The notes under the pieces: generated by a model
Databases searched by the model: none
Seen by the model: only the letters and a program-made list of their open reading frames with translations
What the model was told of the DNA's origin: nothing
Shown here: piece by piece, positions 51,214-63,811 of the stretch
Position numbering within the stretch: the stretch's first letter is position 1
Layout: each line of letters starts with the position of its first letter
DNA from: Utricularia gibba
Lineage: Eukaryota; Plantae; Magnoliophyta
Length of the DNA: 64,000 bases
Direction: 5' to 3'
NCBI GenBank assembly: GCA_002189035.1
Contig: NEEC01000004.1
Coordinates: forward strand, 4,836,001-4,900,000
Made by a program: the position numbers and the translations under genes

Positions 51214-51915
51214 ATGGAGACCGACTCCGCCGCGCCGCCTACTCGCGGGGAAGCCGGCCCTTCAAGTATGGAAATCGACGCTACGTCTGCTCCGGCACGG
51301 CAACAGACCGTCCTATTTGCTAAGAAGCCAAATTTCCAGCCCCTGAAAGCTCACGAAATATCCGACGGGCAAATCCAATTCAGGAAAGTGCCTGTACCGC
51401 CCCACAGGTACACTCCGTTGAAGAAAGCGTGGATGGAAATCTACAATCCAGTATACGAGGAGATGAAAATCGACATCCGAATGAACCTGAAAGCCCGCAG
51501 AGTGGAGCTCAAGACGCGAAGCGATACTCCAGATGTAAGTAATCTCCAGAAGTGCGCTGACTTTGTGCACGCTTTCATGATGGGTTTCGATGTGATCGAC
51601 GCCGTTGCGATGCTCAGAATGGATGAGCTTTACGTGGAGTCATTTGAAATCAAGGATGTGAAGACTCTGAGAGGCGAACACTTGTCTCGGGCTATTGGGA
51701 GGCTGAGCGGGAAGGGAGGGCGCACAAAATTCGCCATCGAAAACTCAACACGGACAAGGATCGTTATTGCTGATACTAAGATTCATATTCTCGGATCGTT
51801 TGCGAATATCAAGGTTGCCAGGGATTCTCTCTGTAGCTTAATCTTGGGTTCACCTGCTGCTAAAGTTTATTCCAAGCTGAGGGCTGTTACTGCTCGTCTT
51901 GCTGAGAGGTTTTGA
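51214..51915 (+). CDS. PNO1: PNO1/Dim2 KH-domain pre-rRNA processing protein, intronless
   Basis: RKVPVPPHRYTPLKKAWMEIY...KCADFVHAF...GEHLSRAIGRLSGKGGRTKFAIENSTRTRIV...VYSKLRAVTARLAERF. Confidence 0.96.
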   Translation: METDSAAPPTRGEAGPSSMEIDATSAPARQQTVLFAKKPNFQPLKAHEISDGQIQFRKVPVPPHRYTPLKKAWMEIYNPVYEEMKIDIRMNLKARRVELKTRSDTPDVSNLQKCADFVHAFMMGFDVIDAVAMLRMDELYVESFEIKDVKTLRGEHLSRAIGRLSGKGGRTKFAIENSTRTRIVIADTKIHILGSFANIKVARDSLCSLILGSPAAKVYSKLRAVTARLAERF

Positions 51916-52321
51916 ACTTCTTTCTTGATCCATTGCCTTATTCATCATTGAAAGACAAGATTTTTGAGAATGCGGTTTGCTTATCTTGGTGATCGATTTA
52001 TGTGATTGTATGGAGACCTAGATTTTGAACTGTTGAGTAATATACCTATATTGAACTGTATGGAAGCAGCAATTCGGAGAGATGGGGTGTGTTTCTTTAA
52101 TTAGCTGCATGATGAACAGATGAATTTACAGGAGAAAAAGCAAGGGAACGGAAAACTTCTTGAAAATCAACCCATTCCTTGGCTGTTCCCTTTTTGTTGA
52201 CCTTCACATGTATTGAGACAGGTGAATCTGAAGCTACCAAAACCATTTTCCTAGTTACTAGCGAAAACCTAACCTTTTCCATGCGTCATAAAATGACAAC
52301 CGTACCTAGTCCAAATAGAGA

Positions 52322-55293
52322 TCAGTTTGATGGGAATTCTTGAGAGTACTGAGGCCAGATGTAGAACTCCGGTGAAGGTGGCATCTTGCTCACCGGTGTA
52401 ACCATCGTCGGGTCCTCCACACAGGAGTTTCCGGTGTGGAGGTGGTGGATGAGGTTTTGGTGTAAGAACGGGGCAGCTCCAATGACAGGGATGGCTGAGG
52501 TGGGCTCAGCAGAGAAGCTGATGCTGCAGCGGGCTCTCCTGCATGCACGTTGAAAAGGTACCTCCCTGTCCGATTCGAGGGAGACCCTCAATCTCTTGCC
52601 AGTTTCGCCTATAGGAAGACGGCTTTTGGCTATTGCTTCAACATCGTAGCGGCTCATTTCGAAGTTGGTGACGGCATTCCCTCCCCTGAACTTGATCGCA
52701 GCAATGTCGTATGCTTCTGCTGCTTCTTCCTCCGTCGCTGCATTTGCAGAAGCCAACCTCAGTGCACTAGAGAGTAACTAATACGATGAGAGTTCAATGA
52801 TGGCTTTTAGCTATACCAAATGTTCCCAGGTAGAGATCCTTGTTCCCAGCAACACGTCCGATTCTAGCCTGCCACCGGCCTTGCTGATGATGCCTGCGTG
52901 ATTAGGCCCATCATCTCCAAATCAGGAAAAACGATGGCTAAGAAGATGGGTATATGATCAGAGTGCATACAATCTGGAAAGAAACCTTGTAACTCCTCGA
53001 TAAACAGATGCACCTCTTGAGAAACCACTGCTTTTCCTGAAGAAAGTTGCAGAAGAATTTCATCGAACACTTGATAGACATAGGCCATAGGGATTCCCAA
53101 AGCCGAAGAGTAGGCCTACCTTCTAAGGGATGCAATGAATTCTTGTCTGGTAACATGCATCTCTTCAAGCTCGCTGCTATAATTTGAGATCTGAAACAGC
53201 GATCATGTTAATTTCTAGGCCATAACCATCGGCAAAATTCGATCTCCTATCGGAAAAAGTCCATCACCGGGAAATTTGTCGTCGCCGTCGGACCCCAGTA
53301 CTTGAGAGCAGCCAAATCATACGCTGCAGCAGCCTTCTCTTCTTTGTCATAACCGCCTGCATCACATAAATCTAAGCTCAGCAGCATACCCACATGGCTA
53401 ATAGCAAAAAAATGCAATGACAGAGACGATCATTTACCTAAGTAAACTGCAGTATTTTTTTTTTCCAGGAATGCACCAGAGATTTCGTTTTCGTTCATGC
53501 ACAAAAATGACAGCGAATTGTCAGAAAACACGATGAACCCAATTCACAAAACGCCATAGAACGATGAAAAAAACAACAAAAAGGCAGCTTTCAGATTATG
53601 CTTCCCGGAGTTATTCCATTTCCCCTGTGGAGTATATGCAACGAAAATACAACAAAGAGCAAAACTAAAAACAAGAGGCGAGTCAAAGAAGTAATGCGCA
53701 AAAATAAAAGCAACGTGTAAAGCAAGAGGGCCAAGATTCAGAATTTTCAGGCGCTAGTTCCCCAGACTAGCTGATGTAAAGAGACACGTCCTGGCTCTGT
53801 AACGAGACACTGTATTCGCATAAAAAAACCCAACAGCAGCAGGTAGACAACGCTCTTCTCACATATCTATCTTCAATTATTGATGACTACGATGGAGTTT
53901 TCAAATCATTTGTAAATTGTGAAGTTGAAGAAAGAGGTTGCGCATATAGTGAAATAAGATTGACAGAAGAGAAGGGCAAGCTCAGGTTGTACAGTATCAG
54001 TTCATCAATGGCTACAGAAACCCTGACACTCAAGAAAAATGAGACCCCCATATTTACTTATTCTTAACCGAGACTTGAACAAGACCCTACCTTCTGCCCT
54101 AGTCACCTGAACCGCTTCTACCGCCATTAATTCGATGCGTGCAACTTATGAAAAAAAGGAACAGAAACCTATTAACCCAAATCATGCCAATGAACTAAAG
54201 ATCACATCTTTATCAAAAATTATACCTGCCAACTTAGGTGACTGTAAACACAGAGAAACCCCAAAACCGCCCAATGAACCAAAAATCACATCTCTATTAA
54301 AAAATACGTATGCCCAAGTACTAGAATCTATGATGTAAGTACAACATTACAGAGACTTGGAAGATTGTACCTTGACGCCCCTTCCTGGCTTGCCCCTCTC
54401 TTCGGCAGCTGTTATCCCACAGATGCGCTTCGTATCGCCCCGTCCATCTGTGCCTGCCGTCAAAAAGATAGGTGACTGATAAACTTAACTAATCCTTGAG
54501 ATTACATGAACTTGCAGCATTGTTAGTGTGGGTTTTTACCTTGTCACTCCTCTGTAAATGGAGGTTCTTTGACCAAAAGTGTCGGCGATCTTCTTGAAGT
54601 TATCGGAATCGACGGCAATGATGGCCGTTCCGTCGTTATTCTCAGTGCCAGGAGTGTTGACCTTGTTGCTGTTGTTAACTGCGAGAGTTAAGTTATTAGA
54701 AGCTGTTTCAGCAGGAACGTGGCACCGCGGGTACTGGACCAAATCATTTCCCGATTCGACCGGAGACTGGGTCGGGGTGGCGAACGCCACATCGTCGCCG
54801 AAGGTGGCGATGAAAGCAGGGGGGTGGTGCGCAGGATCGTATGTTAAAGAGAAGTCTTGAGTTTCCACCGATTCGCCGCCAGTGAGGAAGTCCTCGAGTT
54901 TCGGCGGTGATTGGATGTAACCGACGAAACTGGAGGAGCTTCCGCCGCCGTCATCTTTCAGTTCAACATCATCCCCTGTTTCTGAGTGCACGCCATGAGG
55001 TTTTGGGTCAGACCACCCTGGAGATAAAAACAGACATGGGAGTAGGGATCTGAGTTGGTGGTTTAATGGCGGAATAGAAGACGACATTTACAAAACCAAA
55101 ATAATAAAGACTAAATCTTGGGTTTACCAGCGGCGTAGAAATCATCTGCGCAAGTGTAAAAATGATGAGAAGCAGGAGACGAAGAATGCATCATTGGAGG
55201 TTGTGAGGAAGAAGAAACGGTGACAGCAGCGGCATTGAGAATTTCATCACAAGGAAGTGAGAACGAAAGGTAGTCATTGTCATCAGGAGTCAT
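52322..55293 (-). CDS. AINTEGUMENTA-like/PLETHORA double-AP2 transcription factor, AIL6/7 (PLT3/7)-like, with 9-bp VYL micro-exon at 53446-53438
   Basis: euANT motifs (YLSFSL; PKLEDFL), [14 protein letters not shown]|[27 protein letters not shown]|VYL|[24 protein letters not shown]|[25 protein letters not shown]; C-terminal EFYIWPQ. Confidence 0.93.
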
Positions 55294-55724
55294 CCTCTGA
55301 ATCTTCTTCTTCACTCCTGAAGAGTAGATCATACAAATGAATAATCACAGAAACAGAGACGAAAATGATAAAGAAAAGAAATCGAAAAGAGAAGTCCAAT
55401 TACCACAGCAGCTGCAGCAGCTGTTCATGCAAAGTGCTGCTTCATGGAGGAAAACGATTGACGGGCAACGACCGCAGAGGCCATTTTTAGAGAAAGGGGG
55501 TACAAAGAGAGAGGAGAAGACAGAGAGGGGGGGGGGGGGTGGATCTATTGGAAGAAAGAGGCGGTTGGTTCTGCCACTCGGCGAAATACCAGAGGGGGAG
55601 GTAGAAAGAAAGAAAGGATTACTTGTTCTTTTGTGAGAGAGAACGTAACAGGAACAGTGAAGAAGTGAATCTCGTCTTAAATAAATTGAACAGATACAGA
55701 GTAAGAAGGCCGCCATTGACAGAA

Positions 55725-56099
55725 TTCAGAAGGATCTTGAAGAGGAAAAGAAATTGCTGTCGAAACAAATACAAACTCCTGAACTGCTGCGATCTCCTCT
55801 AGAACAAGATATGGACTGGTTGAATGAAATGCCGGAAGTTTCCAACTTCACTCCCAGGAGCAAATCGTACTCACAGAAAAGATTTGAAAATGGCCCTTAA
55901 CAGAGCGAATGAAGAGCTGTATGACAAATTTCGTCAAGCAAGCGCAATAGAATTTGAGCTGCAAGTCTGGAAGTCTTTAGCTGAGCAAATGGATGATGAA
56001 ACTCTCAGATGGAAACTTATAATGCGTAGAGATGCAGAAGCTTCTCTCCTTTCACATACTGAAGTTCTAGCGAACTTTTCACAGAGACAGAAAGCCTGA
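55725..56099 (+). pseudogene. Isolated fragment of a long coiled-coil gene (At4g38062-like) in the AIL6 upstream region
   Basis: ALNRANEELYDKFRQASAIEFELQVWKSLAEQ...MRRDAEASLL resembles the recalled At4g38062 segment ALEIANSELSDK...IEFQLWVWKSIAKRL...RKRVEASLL; no flanking coding sequence. Confidence 0.55.
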
Positions 56100-57306
56100 G
56101 CCTGCAACTCGAAGTAAAAAGAACACACATGGAGAAGAATCTTTAACTACAGCTTGATGAAGTTTAACTCAGAGAAAGTTGGATCATCAGAGAATATCCA
56201 GTTAAGTTGATTAGTGTTAAGCAATTATTATTTAAAAATTTATAATTGAATCGTGTTGAATAATGAATTAAATGATTTAATCAAATTATGATTGAATTAA
56301 ATTCAGTAAAATTACTATTTCACCCTCACCCGTCTCACTCCCGGTTTTTTCACGAACCGCAATCCAGATGGTGATACCATCGGCCGGCGCATATGTTGAC
56401 CGGCGACTCGTGTCCCCGCGTCCGCTTGTCAACAATGCGTCTACGTAATGGACGCGTGGTTGGTGATTGAACGGGTCTCTTCCTCTCCACACACTCTGGA
56501 ATCTCGAACCTCGAATCCTGGGTTCGTGGAAGTATTCTATTTTCATACATAAAGTATCATATTATGATTCTCATAAATTAAAATGATTTTCAAATTAATT
56601 TTCGTAGAATAAAATCTTATATATGTTTGAAATATAAAAACAATTATATCATAATAGAATTGATTCTACTGGAATTTGGAACGTGGAATCATAGGTTCGT
56701 GGAGGTATTCTATTCTGCAAGGCTATTTATATGGTTTATTCCTGAATGAATTAATTAATATAAAACCATATACTAAAAAAGCATTAATTAACAATCGAAA
56801 GTATGATGCCTGTTTTAAAGGCTTTTTGAATATCATGTAATTCCGTCGTATTTTCTGATTAAATTTTATAATTTTTTTTAGTGTGAATTCATTTAATTCT
56901 GAAAATGGAATTTAATTAAAAGGAATTTTCAACGAGTTCAGCCACCGCACGATTTCTGAATTTATTTATTAAAAAATAAGGAAATATTTTAAAGTTGGAA
57001 GACGCGTTTGAATAGAAAAACCTAGTTTCCCTGACGTTTCTGCGCCTTGCACCTATAAATACGCTCGGCCTCCCGGTATTAGAAGTCGCACCGGCGTATG
57101 TCTCAGAGGCCTAATATTCCACACTTTTCCTCGATTGCCTTCGGGATCCATTCCCATCTCCTGGTTTCCAGTGAGATGAACTCCAATTCCAACTGGTCTT
57201 GTGAGGCCTAAAGGCGTTTGCTTTTTTTGTTTCTGGGTTTCGTTTGCTGTTTCCCTGGTTTCTCGGATCTACGTTTGTCTTGTTGTTTCTGGGTATTTGA
57301 TTGGTG

Positions 57307-58269
57307 ATGGGTTTCAAGGGGTTTTTTGAGGGAGGCATTGCTTCGATTGTGGCGGGATGCTCCACCCACCCGCTTGATTTGATCAAAGTGAGGATGCAGT
57401 TGCAGGGGGAGGCCGCGCCAGCGCCGGCCCAAGCGGCTGTTTATCGTCCTGCTCTTGCGTTTCACACATCTGCGGCGCATCATATCCACATCCCGGTTGG
57501 TAATCTGCAGCCTCGGGCTGGACTTATTTCTGTGGGTATGAAAATTGTTCAGCAGGATGGACCCGCCGCTCTGTTCTCCGGCGTCTCCGCCACCATCCTC
57601 CGCCAGACCCTTTACTCGACAACGAGAATGGGCCTGTATGAGGTTCTTAAAGAAAAATGGACCAACCCAGAAACCCACAACATGTCTTTGAAGAAGAAGC
57701 TCCTTGCTGGTCTCATCGCCGGCGGCGTAGGTGCCGCCGTGGGGAACCCCGCTGATGTGGCCATGATACGTATGCAAGCCGACGGACGCCTCCCTATGGC
57801 ACAGCGCCGCAACTACAAAAGCGTGGTTGACGCCATTCAGCAGATGATCAAAAGCGAGGGGGTCTCCAGCCTCTGGCGTGGATCCTCGCTCACCGTGAAC
57901 CGCGCCATGCTCGTCACCGCATCGCAGCTCGCGTCGTATGATCAATTCAAGGAAATGATCCTTGAAAAAGAAGTGATGAAAGATGGGCTGGGTACTCACG
58001 TGACGGCCAGCTTCGCCGCCGGGTTTGTAGCGGCAGTGGTTTCGAATCCCGTGGATGTCATCAAGACCAGAGTGATGAACATGAAAGTTGCACCGGGGAT
58101 GGCGGCGCCATACGCCGGACCTCTAGATTGTGCGATGAAGACCATCAAGGCCGAAGGTCCCACAGCTCTCTACAAAGGCTTTATCCCCACCATCTCAAGG
58201 CAGGGACCGTTCACCATCGTGCTGTTCGTTACATTGGAACAAGTTCGCAAAGTTCTCAAGGATTTCTGA
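57307..58269 (+). CDS. DIC: Mitochondrial dicarboxylate carrier (DIC1/2 = UCP5/4-like), intronless
   Basis: MGFKGFFEGGIASIVAGCSTHPLDLIKVRMQLQGE; three carrier motifs (PLDLIK, PADVAM, PVDVIK); TATA ctataaat at ~57054. Confidence 0.96.
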   Translation: MGFKGFFEGGIASIVAGCSTHPLDLIKVRMQLQGEAAPAPAQAAVYRPALAFHTSAAHHIHIPVGNLQPRAGLISVGMKIVQQDGPAALFSGVSATILRQTLYSTTRMGLYEVLKEKWTNPETHNMSLKKKLLAGLIAGGVGAAVGNPADVAMIRMQADGRLPMAQRRNYKSVVDAIQQMIKSEGVSSLWRGSSLTVNRAMLVTASQLASYDQFKEMILEKEVMKDGLGTHVTASFAAGFVAAVVSNPVDVIKTRVMNMKVAPGMAAPYAGPLDCAMKTIKAEGPTALYKGFIPTISRQGPFTIVLFVTLEQVRKVLKDF

Positions 58270-58701
58270 AACCCATAGAGACGATGACGAAAATACTATT
58301 TTCAGTTTGTAACTTCCATTGCTGAAACCAAAACAAAAACACTGTAATGGGGTCTGATTGATACGAATTAATCATGTTCTCTTATTTTCATCTTCTTTAA
58401 CCAGCCTCAGAACAGAGCATCGTCTTCTTCGAGTGGTTTAAGTTCCTCCGGTATATCCGATTCCGGGAGGCGATAGATTTTCTCAGGTTGGTGGGAATAT
58501 AAACCAGAATGATCACAGCTAGACGCCACAGCAACCAACTCATGGTAGTGAATACGCCACCTGATAAGTATTAAGAAGCGCCATGGACAGACAGATGCTG
58601 TAATCCAGCTGAAATACGGGAATATATGTCAGCACACCCTTCTTTCATGTAGAGCACGAATATGCTGATCACAGAAACCCGCAGTTTTTAAAGGGAAGGG
58701 G

Positions 58702-59691
58702 CTACTCATCATCCCAATAGTTCCTGAGCTGGGACAGGTGCAAGAGCAGCTCGTCGCGACCCAGACCGGTAACGCTGCTTGTCATGATCCATGGAGGATG
58801 CTGTCGGTAGTTTTCTCCGATCAACACTTGGAAATCTTTGATGTTCTCATCAGGTCTTCTTCCCTTGCCTCCTTTAAACTTATCACACTTGGTAAAAACG
58901 AACGTCACCGGTATCTACAAGGAGGGAGAGATGAATCAGTAAAGCTCAGGCAATTTATCAGAAGAAAAGTGTGCCATGAACAAGAAGCATACGCTGTTCC
59001 TTCCAAGCCAATTTGCACAATCCATGTCGATTTTCTGCGGAGGAACACTAGCATCAATTAGCAGTAGGACAGAGACCAATGTCTTCCGGTTTAAAAAGTA
59101 GCCTTTGGTGAAAGAGGACCAATCCACCCTAGCAGAAGCAGAGGCATTTGCAAAGCCATAACCAGGTAAATCGACAAGGTACCAGCTTTTATCAACCAGG
59201 AAATGGTTGATCAACCTGGTCCTCCCTGGCTTCTTAGAAGTCAAAGCAACATCTTTTTTCAGTAAGAAGTTGATAAGAGAAGATTTGCCAACATTCGACC
59301 GGCCCAACATGGCGAACTCTGGAAAATCATCCTTGGGGCAGTCCTTAGGCCGCTCGCTGCTCTTAATAAAATCCACTGTCTTGATTTTCAGATCGCTGGC
59401 ATACGGGCCTACGACGATATTCGAACCAGGCAAGACCATCTCTTCTGTGACCTCATCCGGCTCTACACCAGGTGGTACATAGAGAAATTTTCGCACGAAC
59501 CGGCTAGCCTCTGAAATCGATTCCTGCTTGGAAGACTTGGCAGCGGATGTATAGCACAAATTTGGCCTGGTATAGTTATAGGAACAAGACCATGGTAAAG
59601 GATAAGCAGGAGTATAGCACTGTGAAAGCGACGAGTATATCAGAGAGGAAAGTCTAGGAGTTGAGAAAATTGGCCTAAGCTGCAGCCGCAT
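58702..59691 (-). CDS. EngB/YihA-type organellar GTP-binding protein (At2g22870/EMB2001-like); intron 58992-58915
   Basis: G1 GRSNVGKS, G3 DLPGYG, G4 TKCD, LLLHLSQLRNYWD; transit-peptide-like N-terminus. Confidence 0.93.
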
Positions 59692-61177
59692 AGTTCACCA
59701 AAGAGCTTGAGCCAACAATTGGGGAAGCTGAATCCAGAATTTACAACAAATCTACCCTCCTCTTCTCTCCTCAGCACCCATGTCTCTTGCAAGATACGGT
59801 GGCCGCCATGCTACAGTATTTAGAAGAAAGAACAACCCCTTTCGTTTTCTTCATCAAATCACGCATTCAAATACCACCTTGCCCAAACAACCCAAAAAAC
59901 AGTAGTCAAACACCGTCGCAGTTCGACAAGCAATCTGCGGTACCAAGCCCCCGTCTCCAATTCGAATCAGAAACCTAAAATCAAGCCACCAGCTCACTGA
60001 ACAGCACCACGGAGGAGAACCAAGATTTACCTCAGCCCAAGTACGTGGTGGGCTGTCCATCCCATCATAATTAAAGTAATCGTGGGCTGGAAATCCCAGA
60101 AACCCAATATAGACCCACTGGACTGTACTCAGTCGGTCGCCGTCGTGCTGCCTCCTCCATTTTCCGATGGCCTCATCCCTTTGAGACTCTTTTGGAATGG
60201 GCCTTGAATAACAATCTTTTTGCCCACAAGTCCATGCAGACTTCTTTATTAAATTAAATTAAATTATTTTAATAATATAATTTTAAAAAATTATACTTAA
60301 AAAAATATTCAAATTAAATACAAATTTAGTTAGTCTTAACTATTTTAATTACCAAATTATTGTTCATTAATTGTTTTTAATAAAATAGATGTACAGGGTT
60401 TTACGAATTATTAAAAATAATACATTTTCTGTTTTTTTTTAAGAATAAAAATCAACTGATTTTCTTAAAATTTGAATATATTCTATATCTTTTATTTTTA
60501 TTTACCCATACTTTGGGTGAATCGTCACTTCCTCTGTAGAGAAATAAATAGGATATTTATTACTCTCATGGGAGACAAATTTATTTTTACATGTTTCCAC
60601 GGTAAATTTTCCGGAACAGGGGCAGTAATAAATAAAAGAAAGGATATTGAATTCACGTTCCTTTTTTAAAAATGTTTTTACAGAAAATAAAATTTAAGAG
60701 CAGTAAGATTGAGAGAAGGGTTTCGTGTACGCAACGCAGAGGGTGGTAGCTCACAAGGTCAAATGACACGAAGATGGATACAAAATTTCACGGGGTCAAA
60801 TGGAAATGTAAATGACAAAGGAATGTGGAACACTCACAGGGGCAGGTTTCTTTCTTTTGTTTTTGTGTTTTTTTTGTTTCTTTTTAGGTACATTGTGTTG
60901 GTAGTATGAGGGGAGTAAAGAGCTGCTTCCTACCCAATTGTTCATAAAAAGCTTTTCTCCATCTTCAGTCTTCATCCCTCCAGTGCCCATTCAGCGTCTC
61001 TCTCTCTATAGAATCACTTTCAATCCACCTATCCCCGCTCTGGGTTTTGCAGGAATGGCAGGAAAATAATGCCATCCTGAAAATGGGCTAAACACTAGCG
61101 TTAAAAATGATATCTTTTTTCCTTTTTGATAACTTCCATTCACCTTGAAGAACATTGATTGTGGGGTGATTTTTTCA

Positions 61178-62864
61178 ATGGAGGAGAAAGAAGAAAGCGT
61201 TGGCTGTTTTGCAGGGGACCTTCTTCTCTGCGACGAGGAACCGGAAAGCTTGACCTTCTGCAGTGGGGAATCGGAAACAGAGCAGCAGCTTATTGGGTTG
61301 CCATCGATGAGCGATGAGTGCTTCTGGTGGATGGTTGAAAGGGAAAAGGAGTACCTGCCCAGAGATGGTTACATTGAGAGACTGAGAACTGGAGAAATTG
61401 ATTTGAGTTTGAGAAGAGAGGCGTTTGATTGGATGTCCAAGGTGAAAATGCAACTCTTTTTGGTTAAATTTTTTTTTTTTTTGATTCGGGATTCCTGGTT
61501 CTGTTCTTCCCTCATTGATTTCATTTTGTTTCTTACATTCATCAGAGGATCCATTGTTGAAATCTAGCGCGATTCATTAGTCTTTAGATTGCGAATCTTT
61601 CCCTTATCGGTGAACTTTTTTCAACTTTGAAGAACAAAAGCAAAAGTGAAAGATTCCTTATTCCCAGTCATTATAACTACTCAAGTTTAGTTTGTTCATC
61701 CCTTTACCGTTCTTGGATTGAAGAAAATGGATTGATCAAGAGTTAGATCACTTAACAGCTCCAGTTTTCATTTTTGCTCATCTGCAGGCATGTGTTCATC
61801 ACTGTTTTGGAGAGGTGTGTTTATATTCAGCCATGAATTACTTCGATAGATTCCTTTCGGTGTATGATCTTCCGGTATGCCATCGGCATCTTCAAGAGGT
61901 TTCATTTCAAAATGCACATTTGATCTCTGCAGCTCCATTGATTCCCTGGGTTCACAACGCAGGATGGTAAAACATGGGCTGCACATTTGGTGGCAGTTGC
62001 ATGTCTATTCCTTGCAGCCAAAATGGACGAAGTTCATGTACCAAACTCCGTGGATTTACAGGTGAAACCTTTACACAGTTTTGCTCATTTTCTTCCCCTT
62101 TATCCTGATCATGCGAACTCGTTCCACAGTGTGGAGTGCTGCATACCACAGGGGAATCAAGGCTCTTGTTTGAGGCAAGAACTGTGCACAGAATGGAGAT
62201 GATTCTGCTCAACGCTTTGAATTGGAACCTTAAGCCGTACACCGCATCACACTTTATAGAGTATTTCCTCTGGAAGATGAGCCACAAGAAGCTCCCACAG
62301 GAGCAATGGATATCAAGATCAATCCACATGATTCCCAGCATACACAAAGGTACTACTTATTGCTGATCCATTTAAAGAAAACGGTATTGATTGATCCATA
62401 ATATCGTGGTTGTTTGGATTCTGAAAGCAGGGATCGATTTCTTGGAATTCCGGCCATCTGAAATAGCCGCAGCTGTAGCCATTTACATCTCAGGAGAAAG
62501 GGAAGTAGCCATGGCCGTCTCTGATAAAGCTCTGCCCTGTTTCATAGGAGTTGAAAAGGTACTGAATTGCTTTGGTCCCCCATCATAAAACCTCCCACAT
62601 CGAAACTTAAACAATCTTCTTTTGCAGGGGAAAGTAATGAAGTGCTTGAAACTGATTCAAGACTCGATATCTACCCATTCCATAGCTTCTGGTTCACTGT
62701 TCTCTGTGACCAACAGCCCAAATGGTGTTCTAGAAACTGTGTTTTGGAGCTACAGAAGCGATGAAAACGTGTACCAATGGTCTCCCAGTTCTGTAGAGAA
62801 CACACCCACTCCTGCCAAAAGGAGGAGACTGGACATGAACCAATTCAGAGAAGACGATCCATGA
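61178..62864 (+). CDS. D-type cyclin (CYCD2/4-like), 6 exons
   Basis: LxCxE (LLCDE), RREAFDWMSK, MNYFDRFLS, LVAVACLFLAAKMDE, FLEFRPSEIAAAVA; the exon 4 acceptor needs one extra G or an upstream AG. Confidence 0.93.
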
Positions 62865-63811
62865 ATTCAGTAGTGTATTCGATTATTGGATTTGTACTAC
62901 TGCTTCATTGTTCAGTCCAGTCCAGTTCTCATGAAACAAAAAATTCAGTTTTAAATTTTAAAATGATGTGACATGGCGCACTGTGGTGATACGACGTCAC
63001 ATCGATGGGAATGGGCCCCACATATTCAGTTTTGTTTTGTTTTGACTCTGTTCGTCGTCGTCGTGGGGTCGGTCAAAATCTCTATTTTTGTCTCTTTTCC
63101 TCTTGTTCCCTTCCTTCCCGAAAGGGGTAAAACTGTAAAAATTGTAACGCTCCTGCTACCACTGGGCCTGGTATTGGGCTGATAACATGGGCCGGTCCAC
63201 CTAGTTATCCAGCCAGATAAAACGGCCGGGTCCACTGGGCCTGAATAGTGGGTGACAGCTCAGCCTCCCAACTACTATTACTGTGGTATACGTGGCGAGC
63301 GGGGATTGGCTCCCTGCTCTTAACTAGCCATCTTTACCCTGTGCTGTAGTGTTGAACCGAAGTCGAAATCTTTTGGGCTGAGGACATGTCAAGGAATGTG
63401 CGCAGCTCCCTGAGCTTGGTAATGTAAGCTGCTGCAGCTGTGCCCACATGTTCCCTTGCCAGAATCACAGGGGCGTAGAAAGCACTTGTCAATAAATAAA
63501 GGCACCGTTGGTATGTGTGTTGGAGCACACACAAACACTGCGCAGGCCCATTGCTCTCTCCACTCACTTTCCCGCATTTCGCATTGTCCTCTTGCTTGGG
63601 TGTCCCAGAATCAAATGCATTGAATGAAACTTTAGGGGTTGTGTAAAGGGGAACATAGGGGAAGATGATGATGAAGTTGGTTCCACTCATTCATTCATCT
63701 GATAAAATTATACATGAACAACAAGAGACATAAATGGAGAAAGGCCTAGAGGAATGATGCAGACATGAAATGGAATCACAAAGAGAAGGACATGTGGTGG
63801 TGGTGATGGGG

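Noticed and set aside
56495-56720. ~50 bp direct repeat upstream of DIC, and a similar short duplication in an AIL6 intron (~54165-54305)
   Set aside because: Ordinary local duplications with no further structure
57208-57999. 263-aa antisense ORF over DIC, and similar shadow ORFs over the protease, PDLP, RLK and Dof genes
   Set aside because: Expected by-product of GC-rich codon usage on the opposite strand; no recognisable domains
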